Below, in pieces: positions 46,447-54,584 of a stretch of DNA of 64,000 bases (the first letter of the stretch is position 1; each line of letters begins with the position of its first letter). A program made the translations under genes and the position numbers. The notes beneath the pieces are model-generated. The model did not search any database and was not told the DNA's origin. It was given only the letters and a program-made list of their open reading frames with translations. This DNA comes from Dehalococcoidia bacterium (GTDB lineage Bacteria > Chloroflexota > Dehalococcoidia > SpSt-223): assembly GCA_025054935.1 (NCBI GenBank), contig JANWZD010000001.1:201008-265007 (forward strand), read 5' to 3'.

Positions 46447-48786
46447 CTAGCGGGCTCGGAAAATCGTTGCGCTGCCATTCTGAAATGCCACATCAAGGTG
46501 CGACGCCAGCCGCTCTCCGACGCCTGCGCCGTATTTCTGCCTTTCGAGGCTGCCGACAAAGACGTACTCTGCGTTGTACTTCTTCAGGAGAGCAAGCAGT
46601 TCGTCGCGGCTTGCAGCAGTGTAGATGCGGTCGATCTCGGCATCGCGGCCGCGGAACGGCGCGTCGGACCCGCGCCACTGACGCTGATGGCCTGCCCAGC
46701 CGAGGATCGTCGGAATTCCGGTGCGCGCCGAGACCCGCCCAAACTCGGAGTACTGCCCCCCTGTCGCCTCAACGACGACGGCGCCTCGGCTCGCCTGAGC
46801 GGCCAGCCAGTCGATCGCTTCCGCTTCCCCGGGGGCAGCGGCGCGGGCGAACGCCAAGCCGTCGAGCGTCGGCTGCCCGGTGAAGCCGTCAGCCCTGCTC
46901 CACGTTGCAGCAAGCGTGTAATACATTCCCCCTGCAATCAGGATAAGACATGCCGCGACGATCACCCCGCGCTTCCACTGGCGCAGCGTTTGCGGCCAGA
47001 GCGAGACAAGAGCGTAGCCCCCTGCGACGGCGAGGAGGGTCCACGCTTGGAAATACAGCTTGAAGACCGTGTTCATTCGGTTCCCAAAAACGTCCAGAAT
47101 GAAAAAGTGTTCGGCCGCAAGATGCAAGAGGAAGGCGGTGCCGAGGAGCAGCGCTGCGAAGGCATCAGGGCGCGAGGGGGTCCGAAAGGCAACTAGGAGC
47201 GCAAGGGTGACGATGGCGGCAAGAGGAAGCGAGATCGCCGCCTTCGCCGGCAGAGAGTCGATCACGAGCGGCGCTGTCCCAGTGCGCACGGCGGCGGGCA
47301 GCGTCACCAGCAGCCAAGCAGCTGGGAGAGCGGCCCCGATGAGGAGCGCCGGCTGAAGCGCGCGGCGCCAGCCGGCATCGAGCTGCCCCAGCTGCCAGCC
47401 GACGAAGGCGATGGCCGGGAGAGCCAGGGGGCCCCAGAAGAGCGCCCAATGGTGCGGCTGGGTCGCGACTTGGACGACAGGGCGAATGCCCGACGCCTGT
47501 GACGAGAACGAAAGGTAGAACGGAAGGTAGAGAACGAGACTTGCTCCTCCAAGCGCGAGGGCAAACAGGCCGACATCGCGGATCAGCCGGCGGTCGAGAT
47601 GGCCAGCTTTGCGGTACGCGCTCAGGGCGACTGCCGCGACGACGAGCCCGCCGTAGGTCGGCAGGTCCCACGAGTTGAGAAAGCCGAGCGCGCCGACGCA
47701 GATCGGTAGTGCCGCTGCCTGCCAGGGGTGAGCGCGCGCCCACCGCATTCCCCAAGGATACGGAGAGTGAAAGGCAGCAGCAGCGATGCCGACAACGAGG
47801 AGGTTAAACGGCAGGGCCAGCACGTGCGGATGCAGATCGCCGAGCACGAAGCTGAAGATCGGGAACTCGTTGATGGTGTAGTCGATTCCTTGGCCGTCAC
47901 GGAACGTGTTGATGACCCGGGTCGCCTTCCACCACCACCAGTGTTCTGTTGGGGTCCAACTGGCGGCACGGTAGGGATGCGTCAGCCCGTCGATGGCAAG
48001 CGCGCTCCAGAATTCCGCGGTGCCCCAGCCCCGCGACCGCGCGAAATCGAGCAGGCCGACCAAGTTGCCCATCCCGACCAGCAGCACCGTGCCAAGCAGG
48101 CCGGCGAGCATGGTCTGCCGCGGCGTGGCCGCAGGCCAGCGCGCAATGACGAGCGACGAGACGAGCCCGAAAGCGGCGTGAGCGGAGAGCGCCATGACGA
48201 GCGCCAAGGCGAGATTGAACGCGACCGAGGCCGGGGTTGCGGCGAGGTGGGCGAGCATCCCAACGAGGACATAGCCGAAGTAGTAGTACGAGACGGTGTA
48301 GCCGGCAAGCCAGGGGTCAGGGGGAGGGAAGGCGTCGGCGCGCAGCACCGCATTGAGGAACAGCAGCTCCATCGGCTTCTCGGTGCCGGCAATCTCGGGA
48401 GCGTAGGCGCGGACACTTGCCCACCCGATGAAGATCACCGCAAAAAGCGCCTCGCCCGCCAGCAGCCGTTGCCAGTTGTCGCGCATCCAGGCAAGCTGCA
48501 GCGCTGCCTGCACGCGTCCGCCGAGCGCTGCCAGCCCGCCGAGAGCGAGGAGAGCCACGCCGAGCACCGCAGCCCCGCGGTTTGGCGGAAACAGAGAAAG
48601 CGAAGCGCCAATCCAGAAGAAGAAGCCCGTGAAAATGATGCCGAGCGGCCGCGCGAGGCTGAGGCCGCGGTCGGCAAGCTCCGGAAAGAGGCGCAGTGCC
48701 AAGGGCGCCGCCGCAAGCCCAATCAGGGTGGAGAGCAGCCACCAGCCGAGAACTGGCAGCGCGACTGCCTCGATCAGCGCGGACAT
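46447..48786 (-). CDS. YYY membrane protein (DUF2298 / Chlor_Arch_YYY)
   Basis: TEKPME, PP.DPWLAG..VSYYYFG, INEFP.FSF.LGDLHPH, NSWD, RMNTVFK.Y, LGW.GH..QWRG. Confidence 0.9.
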   Translation of the reverse strand: MSALIEAVALPVLGWWLLSTLIGLAAAPLALRLFPELADRGLSLARPLGIIFTGFFFWIGASLSLFPPNRGAAVLGVALLALGGLAALGGRVQAALQLAWMRDNWQRLLAGEALFAVIFIGWASVRAYAPEIAGTEKPMELLFLNAVLRADAFPPPDPWLAGYTVSYYYFGYVLVGMLAHLAATPASVAFNLALALVMALSAHAAFGLVSSLVIARWPAATPRQTMLAGLLGTVLLVGMGNLVGLLDFARSRGWGTAEFWSALAIDGLTHPYRAASWTPTEHWWWWKATRVINTFRDGQGIDYTINEFPIFSFVLGDLHPHVLALPFNLLVVGIAAAAFHSPYPWGMRWARAHPWQAAALPICVGALGFLNSWDLPTYGGLVVAAVALSAYRKAGHLDRRLIRDVGLFALALGGASLVLYLPFYLSFSSQASGIRPVVQVATQPHHWALFWGPLALPAIAFVGWQLGQLDAGWRRALQPALLIGAALPAAWLLVTLPAAVRTGTAPLVIDSLPAKAAISLPLAAIVTLALLVAFRTPSRPDAFAALLLGTAFLLHLAAEHFFILDVFGNRMNTVFKLYFQAWTLLAVAGGYALVSLWPQTLRQWKRGVIVAACLILIAGGMYYTLAATWSRADGFTGQPTLDGLAFARAAAPGEAEAIDWLAAQASRGAVVVEATGGQYSEFGRVSARTGIPTILGWAGHQRQWRGSDAPFRGRDAEIDRIYTAASRDELLALLKKYNAEYVFVGSLERQKYGAGVGERLASHLDVAFQNGSATIFRAR

Positions 48787-48789
48787 GGG

Positions 48790-49728
48790 CTACTCGAACA
48801 ATTGCCGCACGTACTCGGCTGGGTCGAAGTCGACAAGATCGTCGAGCTGTTCCCCAGTCCCCAGATAGCGGATCGGCAGGCCCAGCTCATTGGCGATGGT
48901 GAAAGCGATCCCGCCCTTGGCAGTGCCATCGAGCTTTGTCAGCACGATCCCGTCGATATCGGCGGCTTGGGCGAACGCTTCCGTCTGCAGGATACCGTTC
49001 TGGCCGGTGGTGGCATCGATGACGAGCAGCACCTGATGGGGCGCGGTCGGGTCGACCTTAGCGATGACGCGCCGGATTTTCCGCAGTTCCTCCATCAAGT
49101 TCGTCTTCGCGTGCAGCCGGCCAGCGGTATCGATGATGACCACATCTGCTCCCCGGCTGCGTCCCGCTTCAACGGCGTCGTAGGCAACAGCGCCGGGGTC
49201 GGCGCCGGGCTGATGGGCCACAACTTGGACGCCGATCCGGTCCGCCCACACCTTCAGCTGCTCGATGGCGGCGGCACGGAAGGTATCTGCGGCGCCGATC
49301 AGTACCCGCTTCCCCTGCCGGTGCCAGCGGTGCGCAAGTTTGGCGATAGTCGTCGTTTTGCCAGTTCCATTGACGCCGACGATAAGGAGTACGAAGGGTC
49401 GGCCGTCGGGAAATCGCCGCGGTTCCCGCTCAAAGGGGCGGTCGTCCTCCTCCTCCACCTCGCGCAGCACGGCGCTCATCTCTTCTTGCAGCGCCTGCTT
49501 GGCGCGGTGCGCATCCGTAATCCCCTCCTCGCGGACACGCTCGCGGAGCCGGCTGAGGAGCTCTTCCGTCGTGCTCAGGCTGAGATCGGCGCTAATCAGC
49601 GTCTCTTCCAGCGCTTCCCAGAAAGCATCATCGATCTGACGGCGCTCAAAGACCGCCGCAACGCGCTGGAAGACCGCGTCTCGGGTTCGACGGAGGCCAA
49701 AGTCGATCTTGCGAAGGCGCTCGAACAT
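48790..49728 (-). CDS. ftsY: Signal recognition particle receptor
   Basis: GVNGTGKTT, DTFRAAA, DTAGRLH, DATTGQN, TKLDGTAKGG. Confidence 0.97.
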   Translation of the reverse strand: MFERLRKIDFGLRRTRDAVFQRVAAVFERRQIDDAFWEALEETLISADLSLSTTEELLSRLRERVREEGITDAHRAKQALQEEMSAVLREVEEEDDRPFEREPRRFPDGRPFVLLIVGVNGTGKTTTIAKLAHRWHRQGKRVLIGAADTFRAAAIEQLKVWADRIGVQVVAHQPGADPGAVAYDAVEAGRSRGADVVIIDTAGRLHAKTNLMEELRKIRRVIAKVDPTAPHQVLLVIDATTGQNGILQTEAFAQAADIDGIVLTKLDGTAKGGIAFTIANELGLPIRYLGTGEQLDDLVDFDPAEYVRQLFE

Positions 49729-49790
49729 CGCTCTCTCGAATGCTAGCACCGCTCTCGGCGCAGCACCATCGCGCTGCCGGCGTCATGTCG

Positions 49791-50150
49791 CTAGGGAAGA
49801 AAGAGGCGGACTGTTGTTCGCTGACCGTAGGCACGCTCAATATCGCGGCCGAATTCCCGGTCGGGAGCGTAGAGATCGATCCATCCCTCGCTGCCGAGAT
49901 TTCCTCGGTCGAGGCAGATCACCGGCCGGCCATCCTTGAAGACGGCGACCGTGCCGAGGGGGATGTCCCACGAACAGGCAGCCGCCCCGACAAACGGCGG
50001 GATGCCGGAAAAGGTAGCTCGCCCGGTCGGAAGATAGTAGCTGACGCGGACCTGCTTCGCGGGGACAAAAGTGACCGCGCCGGCGACCCCCGGATTTGTC
50101 CCGACGACCACGATCAGGGCGGCAGCGATTGCGCTGAAGCGAAGGATCAC
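49791..50150 (-). CDS. Small secreted 3D-domain-like (double-psi barrel) protein
   Basis: Signal peptide then VSYY...TFSG..AAAC..IPLGT....CLDRG....WIDLY. Extended -10 TGCTATCTT 6 nt before GTG. Confidence 0.7.
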   Translation of the reverse strand: MILRFSAIAAALIVVVGTNPGVAGAVTFVPAKQVRVSYYLPTGRATFSGIPPFVGAAACSWDIPLGTVAVFKDGRPVICLDRGNLGSEGWIDLYAPDREFGRDIERAYGQRTTVRLFLP

Positions 50151-50276
50151 GCCAGGAAGATAGCAGGTCCCCTCTCCCCGATCGAGCGTTTCCCATGCGA
50201 CCGCCCGACTTCGATATGCTTCAGGAGCGCGCCTCCGGCGCCAGGGAAATGTCGTTCCACCTTCTCGAGGTGTCGC

Positions 50277-51584
50277 TTGGTCCAAGCACAGAATACTGAC
50301 GTGGCGGCGCTGCGCGCGCTGCCGCGCGAGGAGCTCGCAGAAGACCTGCTCAGCCGGAGCCCGAGCGAACTCGCCGAGCTGTTGAGCCGGCTGGGGGATG
50401 ACGCGCTCGCGGAGATCGTTGCCGAGCTCGATCCTGCCGACGCGGCACGGCTTTTGGGGAAACTGAGCCGCGCCCAGGCAGCGGCGCTGCTCGAAGAGAT
50501 GGACCCCGACGATGCCGTCGACATTGCCGGCGAACTCGAGGACGATGATGCCGAGGCGATCTTCATCGAGATGAACCCCCATGACGTCGAGGAGTTACGC
50601 CGGCTGATGAATTACCCGCCGGACAGCGCCGGCGGGATCATGACGACAGATTACGTCGCGATCAGTCCCGATCTCACTGCCGATGAGGCCTTAGTCGCGC
50701 TGCGCGCCGTGGCGGAGGAAGCGGAGACAATCTACTACATCTACGTCACCGACCCGGCAACGAACCGGCTGCTCGGGGTGCTCTCCCTGCGCAATCTCGT
50801 CCTCACTCGGCCGGAGACCCCGGTCCGCGACCTCATGGTGACGGAGATCGTCAAGACCCGCGTCGATGCCGACCAAGAGGAAGCCGTTCGCCTCCTCGAC
50901 CGGTACGGGCTCCTCGCGCTGCCGGTCGTCGACGAGGAGGACCGCCTTGTCGGCATTATCACCGCCGATGACGCCGCTAGCGTCCTGATGGAGGAGGCAG
51001 GAGAGGACATCGAGCGCCTCGGCGGCTCGCAACCGCTCGAAGAGCCGTATCTTCGGGCATCGATCCTGCATCTCGTCCGAAAGCGGCTTCCTTGGCTGCT
51101 CATCCTCTTTGTCGGCGGCGCCTACACCGGAACGGTGATCGCGGCGTTCGAGGAGACGATCTCCCAAGTGGTGGCGCTGACATTTTTCATCCCGATGCTG
51201 ATCGGCACCGGCGGCAATGCCGGATCGCAAATCGTGACGACCCTCGTTCGAGCGCTCGGCATGGGCGAAGTCAATCTGGGTCACCTCGGGCGCGTCCTCT
51301 GGCGCGAAGTGCGGGTCGCGGCGCTGCTCGGCACTGCGATGGGGATAGCGACCTACATCCGCGCCTGGACCTTGGGGGTCGGGGTCGAGATCGGCCCGGT
51401 TGTTGCCCTTTCGACCGTGACCATCGTTCTCTGGGCGGCGATCGTCTCCTCGCTCTTGCCCCTGCTGATCAGCCGGACCCGGATCGACCCTGCGGTCGTC
51501 TCGACCCCATTTATTACGACCCTCGTCGACGGCACCGGCCTGCTTATCTACTTCGTTATCGCGAGCAGGCTGCTGGGGATCTAG
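50277..51584 (+). CDS. mgtE: Magnesium transporter MgtE
   Basis: MDPDDAVD, YPPDSAGGIMT, CBS pair, KRLPWL, GTGGNAGSQ, DPA..S.PFITT.VD. Confidence 0.95.
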   Translation: MVQAQNTDVAALRALPREELAEDLLSRSPSELAELLSRLGDDALAEIVAELDPADAARLLGKLSRAQAAALLEEMDPDDAVDIAGELEDDDAEAIFIEMNPHDVEELRRLMNYPPDSAGGIMTTDYVAISPDLTADEALVALRAVAEEAETIYYIYVTDPATNRLLGVLSLRNLVLTRPETPVRDLMVTEIVKTRVDADQEEAVRLLDRYGLLALPVVDEEDRLVGIITADDAASVLMEEAGEDIERLGGSQPLEEPYLRASILHLVRKRLPWLLILFVGGAYTGTVIAAFEETISQVVALTFFIPMLIGTGGNAGSQIVTTLVRALGMGEVNLGHLGRVLWREVRVAALLGTAMGIATYIRAWTLGVGVEIGPVVALSTVTIVLWAAIVSSLLPLLISRTRIDPAVVSTPFITTLVDGTGLLIYFVIASRLLGI

Positions 51585-51590
51585 CGCCCG

Positions 51591-52730
51591 TTACGGGATC
51601 GGCTGCGTCGGAAGGAGCGGCTCGGCCGGGGAGTCGACGTTGCGGGTCCTCCCGGTCACCTCGCCGGCGCGGATGCGGGCGATCCAGTCCTCATCGACCG
51701 GGGTCTCTTTCAGCACGGGCAGAACGCGCGTCGCGAACCGTTCGATCGAAGCGCGCACGATCCGGTCCTCGAGATGGCCGAAGGCGAACCAGCACATCAG
51801 ATTGCGGAAGCCGAGGCGGGCGAAGGGGCGAAGACGCTCGATCACTTCGTCCGCAGTTCCGGCAATGAGCCAGTTTTTGAGGTAGCCGATCTTGCGCTGC
51901 TCAAGGTCGGTTTTGGAGAGGTCGTCGATGCCGACATTCGCTTTCGCGCTCTTGCGGAGATAGACCTCGATCGCGTCGCCGAGCGTATCGAGCCAGTCCT
52001 CGCCGGGCTCAGCGACGTAGATCTGACGGTTGAAGCCTGTGTGATCGAGAGCCCGCTGGCGCGCCGCCTCGTCCAACCCGGCCTCGTCTTGGCCCTTGAA
52101 GTAGTAATACAGGCGGCTTGCGAGACTGTCCGGGTCGTGGGGGCCGGCGAGCAGCGACCATCCCTTCCGGCCGATACGCTCGAGGGTAGCGGGGGTCGCC
52201 GAGGCGTACGCGATCGGCGGATGCGGCTTCTGATATGGGGCGGGGATAATCCGGCCGTTCACCACGCCTCGGTAGTAGCGCCCGTCGTACCGAAATCCCT
52301 CCGGCGGCGCGTTCCACGCTTGTTCCATTACAGCGAGAAACTCCTCCATCATCGCATGGCGCTCGCTCGCGGAGAAGCCGAACCCGGCGAATTCATCCGG
52401 CGAGTTGCCCGCGCCGATGCCGACGACCAAGCGGCCTTTCGACAACTGGTCGAGCAGGTTGCACTCAGTGACGAAGGTGATGGGGTGGCGAAGCGGGAGG
52501 ACGGCGACCGCAAACCCGATCCGCAGCGAGCGGTTGCGCTGGCTGATCGCGGCGGCAAGGGTGATCGGCTCGGAGTAAGCGTTGTAGCCGGTGAACTGAT
52601 GGTCGGTCAGCCAGACATCGCTGAAACCGAGCCGCTCCGCGAGATCGACCTGCCCGAGCACCTCGTCGATAACGCGGCCGTCATCGTCCGGTCCGGGGGT
52701 CTGAGGATTCAGGTAGATCGAGAAGCGCAT
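51591..52730 (-). CDS. Luciferase-like (LLM class) flavin-dependent oxidoreductase
   Basis: AERLGFSDVWLTDH, LLDQLSKGRL.VGIG.G, PAPYQKPHPP, RFA..VLP. Confidence 0.9.
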   Translation of the reverse strand: MRFSIYLNPQTPGPDDDGRVIDEVLGQVDLAERLGFSDVWLTDHQFTGYNAYSEPITLAAAISQRNRSLRIGFAVAVLPLRHPITFVTECNLLDQLSKGRLVVGIGAGNSPDEFAGFGFSASERHAMMEEFLAVMEQAWNAPPEGFRYDGRYYRGVVNGRIIPAPYQKPHPPIAYASATPATLERIGRKGWSLLAGPHDPDSLASRLYYYFKGQDEAGLDEAARQRALDHTGFNRQIYVAEPGEDWLDTLGDAIEVYLRKSAKANVGIDDLSKTDLEQRKIGYLKNWLIAGTADEVIERLRPFARLGFRNLMCWFAFGHLEDRIVRASIERFATRVLPVLKETPVDEDWIARIRAGEVTGRTRNVDSPAEPLLPTQPIP

Positions 52731-52744
52731 CGCTCCCTCCTCCG

Positions 52745-53773
52745 CTAGCGGTAGCGCTCCCAGCGCGTGATATCGTCTCCCTCGCAGACGAGCAGCCCGA
52801 TCCCGGACACGCCTTGAGCGCTGAACCCGACGTAATACAGCTTGAGCGAGCCGTCCGGCTCCGGCACAAGGTAGGGCGTTCCCATTGCGCGCTCGTCAAA
52901 CGAGCCCGCAGCGCCGTAGTCGATAAGCGACCCTTTCGGGCCGCGGCCGGCGACCCGGCGCCACGACTGCCACTCATCGGCTTCGGCCATGCCGAGCCGA
53001 AACCGTCCTTCGGCGTCGATCGCTTCGTAGACCATCAGCAGCCGGCCGCGGTAGGCGACGATCGAGCGGGAGCCGACCGAGCGCGCATCGAACGCTGCCT
53101 CGTCGCTGGAGGGGAAAAAGATAGGCCCCCGTTTCTCCCAGTGAAACCCGTCTGGGGAGTCGGCCATCCCGATCGCGGGACCGTTTCGGCCCGCCCCGGA
53201 ATAGGTCATGCGGAACGTGCCGTCGCTCAGGACGGTGACGCGGGGAAAGCCGGCGTACCATTCGTCCCACTCCCCGGGAGCACCGTGAGCGAGGATCGCG
53301 CCGCCCGGCAAGGAACCTGGCACGCGGCGAAAGTGGATCCCGTCGGGGGAGACCGCCAGCCCGACGTTGAGCGGGAACCCCTTGCGCCGCTGCGTGCCGA
53401 CAAGACCTTCGCTCTGCCAGCCGCCTTGATAGTAGAGACGGTACTCGCCTTCCCACAGCAGGACGTCCGTCCCGCCGACCTGGAACGAGTCGAAGCAGCC
53501 CGGCTGCGGGTTGGGGTCGAGCACCGAGCCTCGGAACCCCGGTCCTGAGACTTTTTGCCACTGGACCCCATCGCGCGAGATCGCAAGACCGGTGCGCCCC
53601 ATCGGGATGACGCTGCGCTCATTCTCGGGGGTGACGCCGGGGAAACCGCGCTCGCGGCCGTAATACCACATCCGATAGCCGTCGGCGGCGTGGCGGACGC
53701 CCGGGCTGGAGGCCCGGTCGTCGTCCCAATTTCCAAGCGGCCCCGGGCCGAAAAGAAAGCCGGGGTCTGTCAT
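52745..53773 (-). CDS. Five-bladed beta-propeller glycosidase-like protein (GH32/43/130-like fold)
   Basis: Five repeats of G-x-(W/F)-D ... (M/L)-(W/Y)-Y ... G(L/M)A.S.DG..W. Confidence 0.7.
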   Translation of the reverse strand: MTDPGFLFGPGPLGNWDDDRASSPGVRHAADGYRMWYYGRERGFPGVTPENERSVIPMGRTGLAISRDGVQWQKVSGPGFRGSVLDPNPQPGCFDSFQVGGTDVLLWEGEYRLYYQGGWQSEGLVGTQRRKGFPLNVGLAVSPDGIHFRRVPGSLPGGAILAHGAPGEWDEWYAGFPRVTVLSDGTFRMTYSGAGRNGPAIGMADSPDGFHWEKRGPIFFPSSDEAAFDARSVGSRSIVAYRGRLLMVYEAIDAEGRFRLGMAEADEWQSWRRVAGRGPKGSLIDYGAAGSFDERAMGTPYLVPEPDGSLKLYYVGFSAQGVSGIGLLVCEGDDITRWERYR

Positions 53774-53828
53774 GCTTCTCCCTTGCCCCGCAGCGTCCTT
53801 GCGCGCGCTGCCGGCCCCCTGCCTCGCG

Positions 53829-54584
53829 CTACGTACCGCGCCCCGTCAGCTTGCGGGCAACCCATGCCACGGGGTCATAGTAGCGCGAGACAACGCGCTC
53901 TTTCAGCGGAATGATGGCGTTATCGGTGATGTGAATGTGCTCGGGGCAGACCTCGGTGCAGCATTTGGTGATGTTGCAGAATCCAAGCCCCGCCTGATAG
54001 CGCAGGAGCGGGATGCGGTCATTGGTATCGAGCGGGTGCATCTCCAGTTCGGCGAACCGGAGGAAGAGGCGCGGACCGGAGAACGCTTTCTTGTTCTCTT
54101 CGTGGTCCCGAATGACGTGGCAGACGTTTTGACACATGAAGCATTCGATGCACTTGCGGAACTCCTGCAAGCGATCGATGTCTTCTTGGTACATCCGCCG
54201 CTTGCCGTCGGGGTCGACCGGCTTCGGCTTGAAGGGGGGAACCTCTTTCGCCTTCTCGTAGTTGAACGAGACGTCGGTGACGAGGTCGCGGATGATCGGG
54301 AAGGTTTTCAGCGGGGCGACGGTGACTGTCGCGCCGGCCGGAAACTGATCCATCCGCGTCATGCACATCAGGCGCGGCTTGCCGTCGATCTCGGCGCTGC
54401 AGGAGCCGCATTTGCCGGCCTTGCAGTTCCAACGCACGGCAAGGTCAGGCTGGGGGCCCGCTTGAATGCGGTGGATGACATCGAGCACCACCATTCCTTC
54501 GTCGACCGGCATGACATAATCGTGAAAAGCGCCGCCGCTGGCGTCTCCACGCCAGACGCGCATCGTGTAGTTGACGGTCGGCAT
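53829..54584 (-). CDS. sdhB: Succinate dehydrogenase/fumarate reductase Fe-S subunit
   Basis: CKAGKCGSC..C, CIECFMCQNVC, CNITKCCTEVCP. Confidence 0.95.
   Translation of the reverse strand: MPTVNYTMRVWRGDASGGAFHDYVMPVDEGMVVLDVIHRIQAGPQPDLAVRWNCKAGKCGSCSAEIDGKPRLMCMTRMDQFPAGATVTVAPLKTFPIIRDLVTDVSFNYEKAKEVPPFKPKPVDPDGKRRMYQEDIDRLQEFRKCIECFMCQNVCHVIRDHEENKKAFSGPRLFLRFAELEMHPLDTNDRIPLLRYQAGLGFCNITKCCTEVCPEHIHITDNAIIPLKERVVSRYYDPVAWVARKLTGRGT

Noticed and set aside
49740..50276. N-terminal extension of the mgtE ORF
   Set aside because: Overlaps the minus-strand 3D-like gene; MgtE homology starts near TTG 50277.
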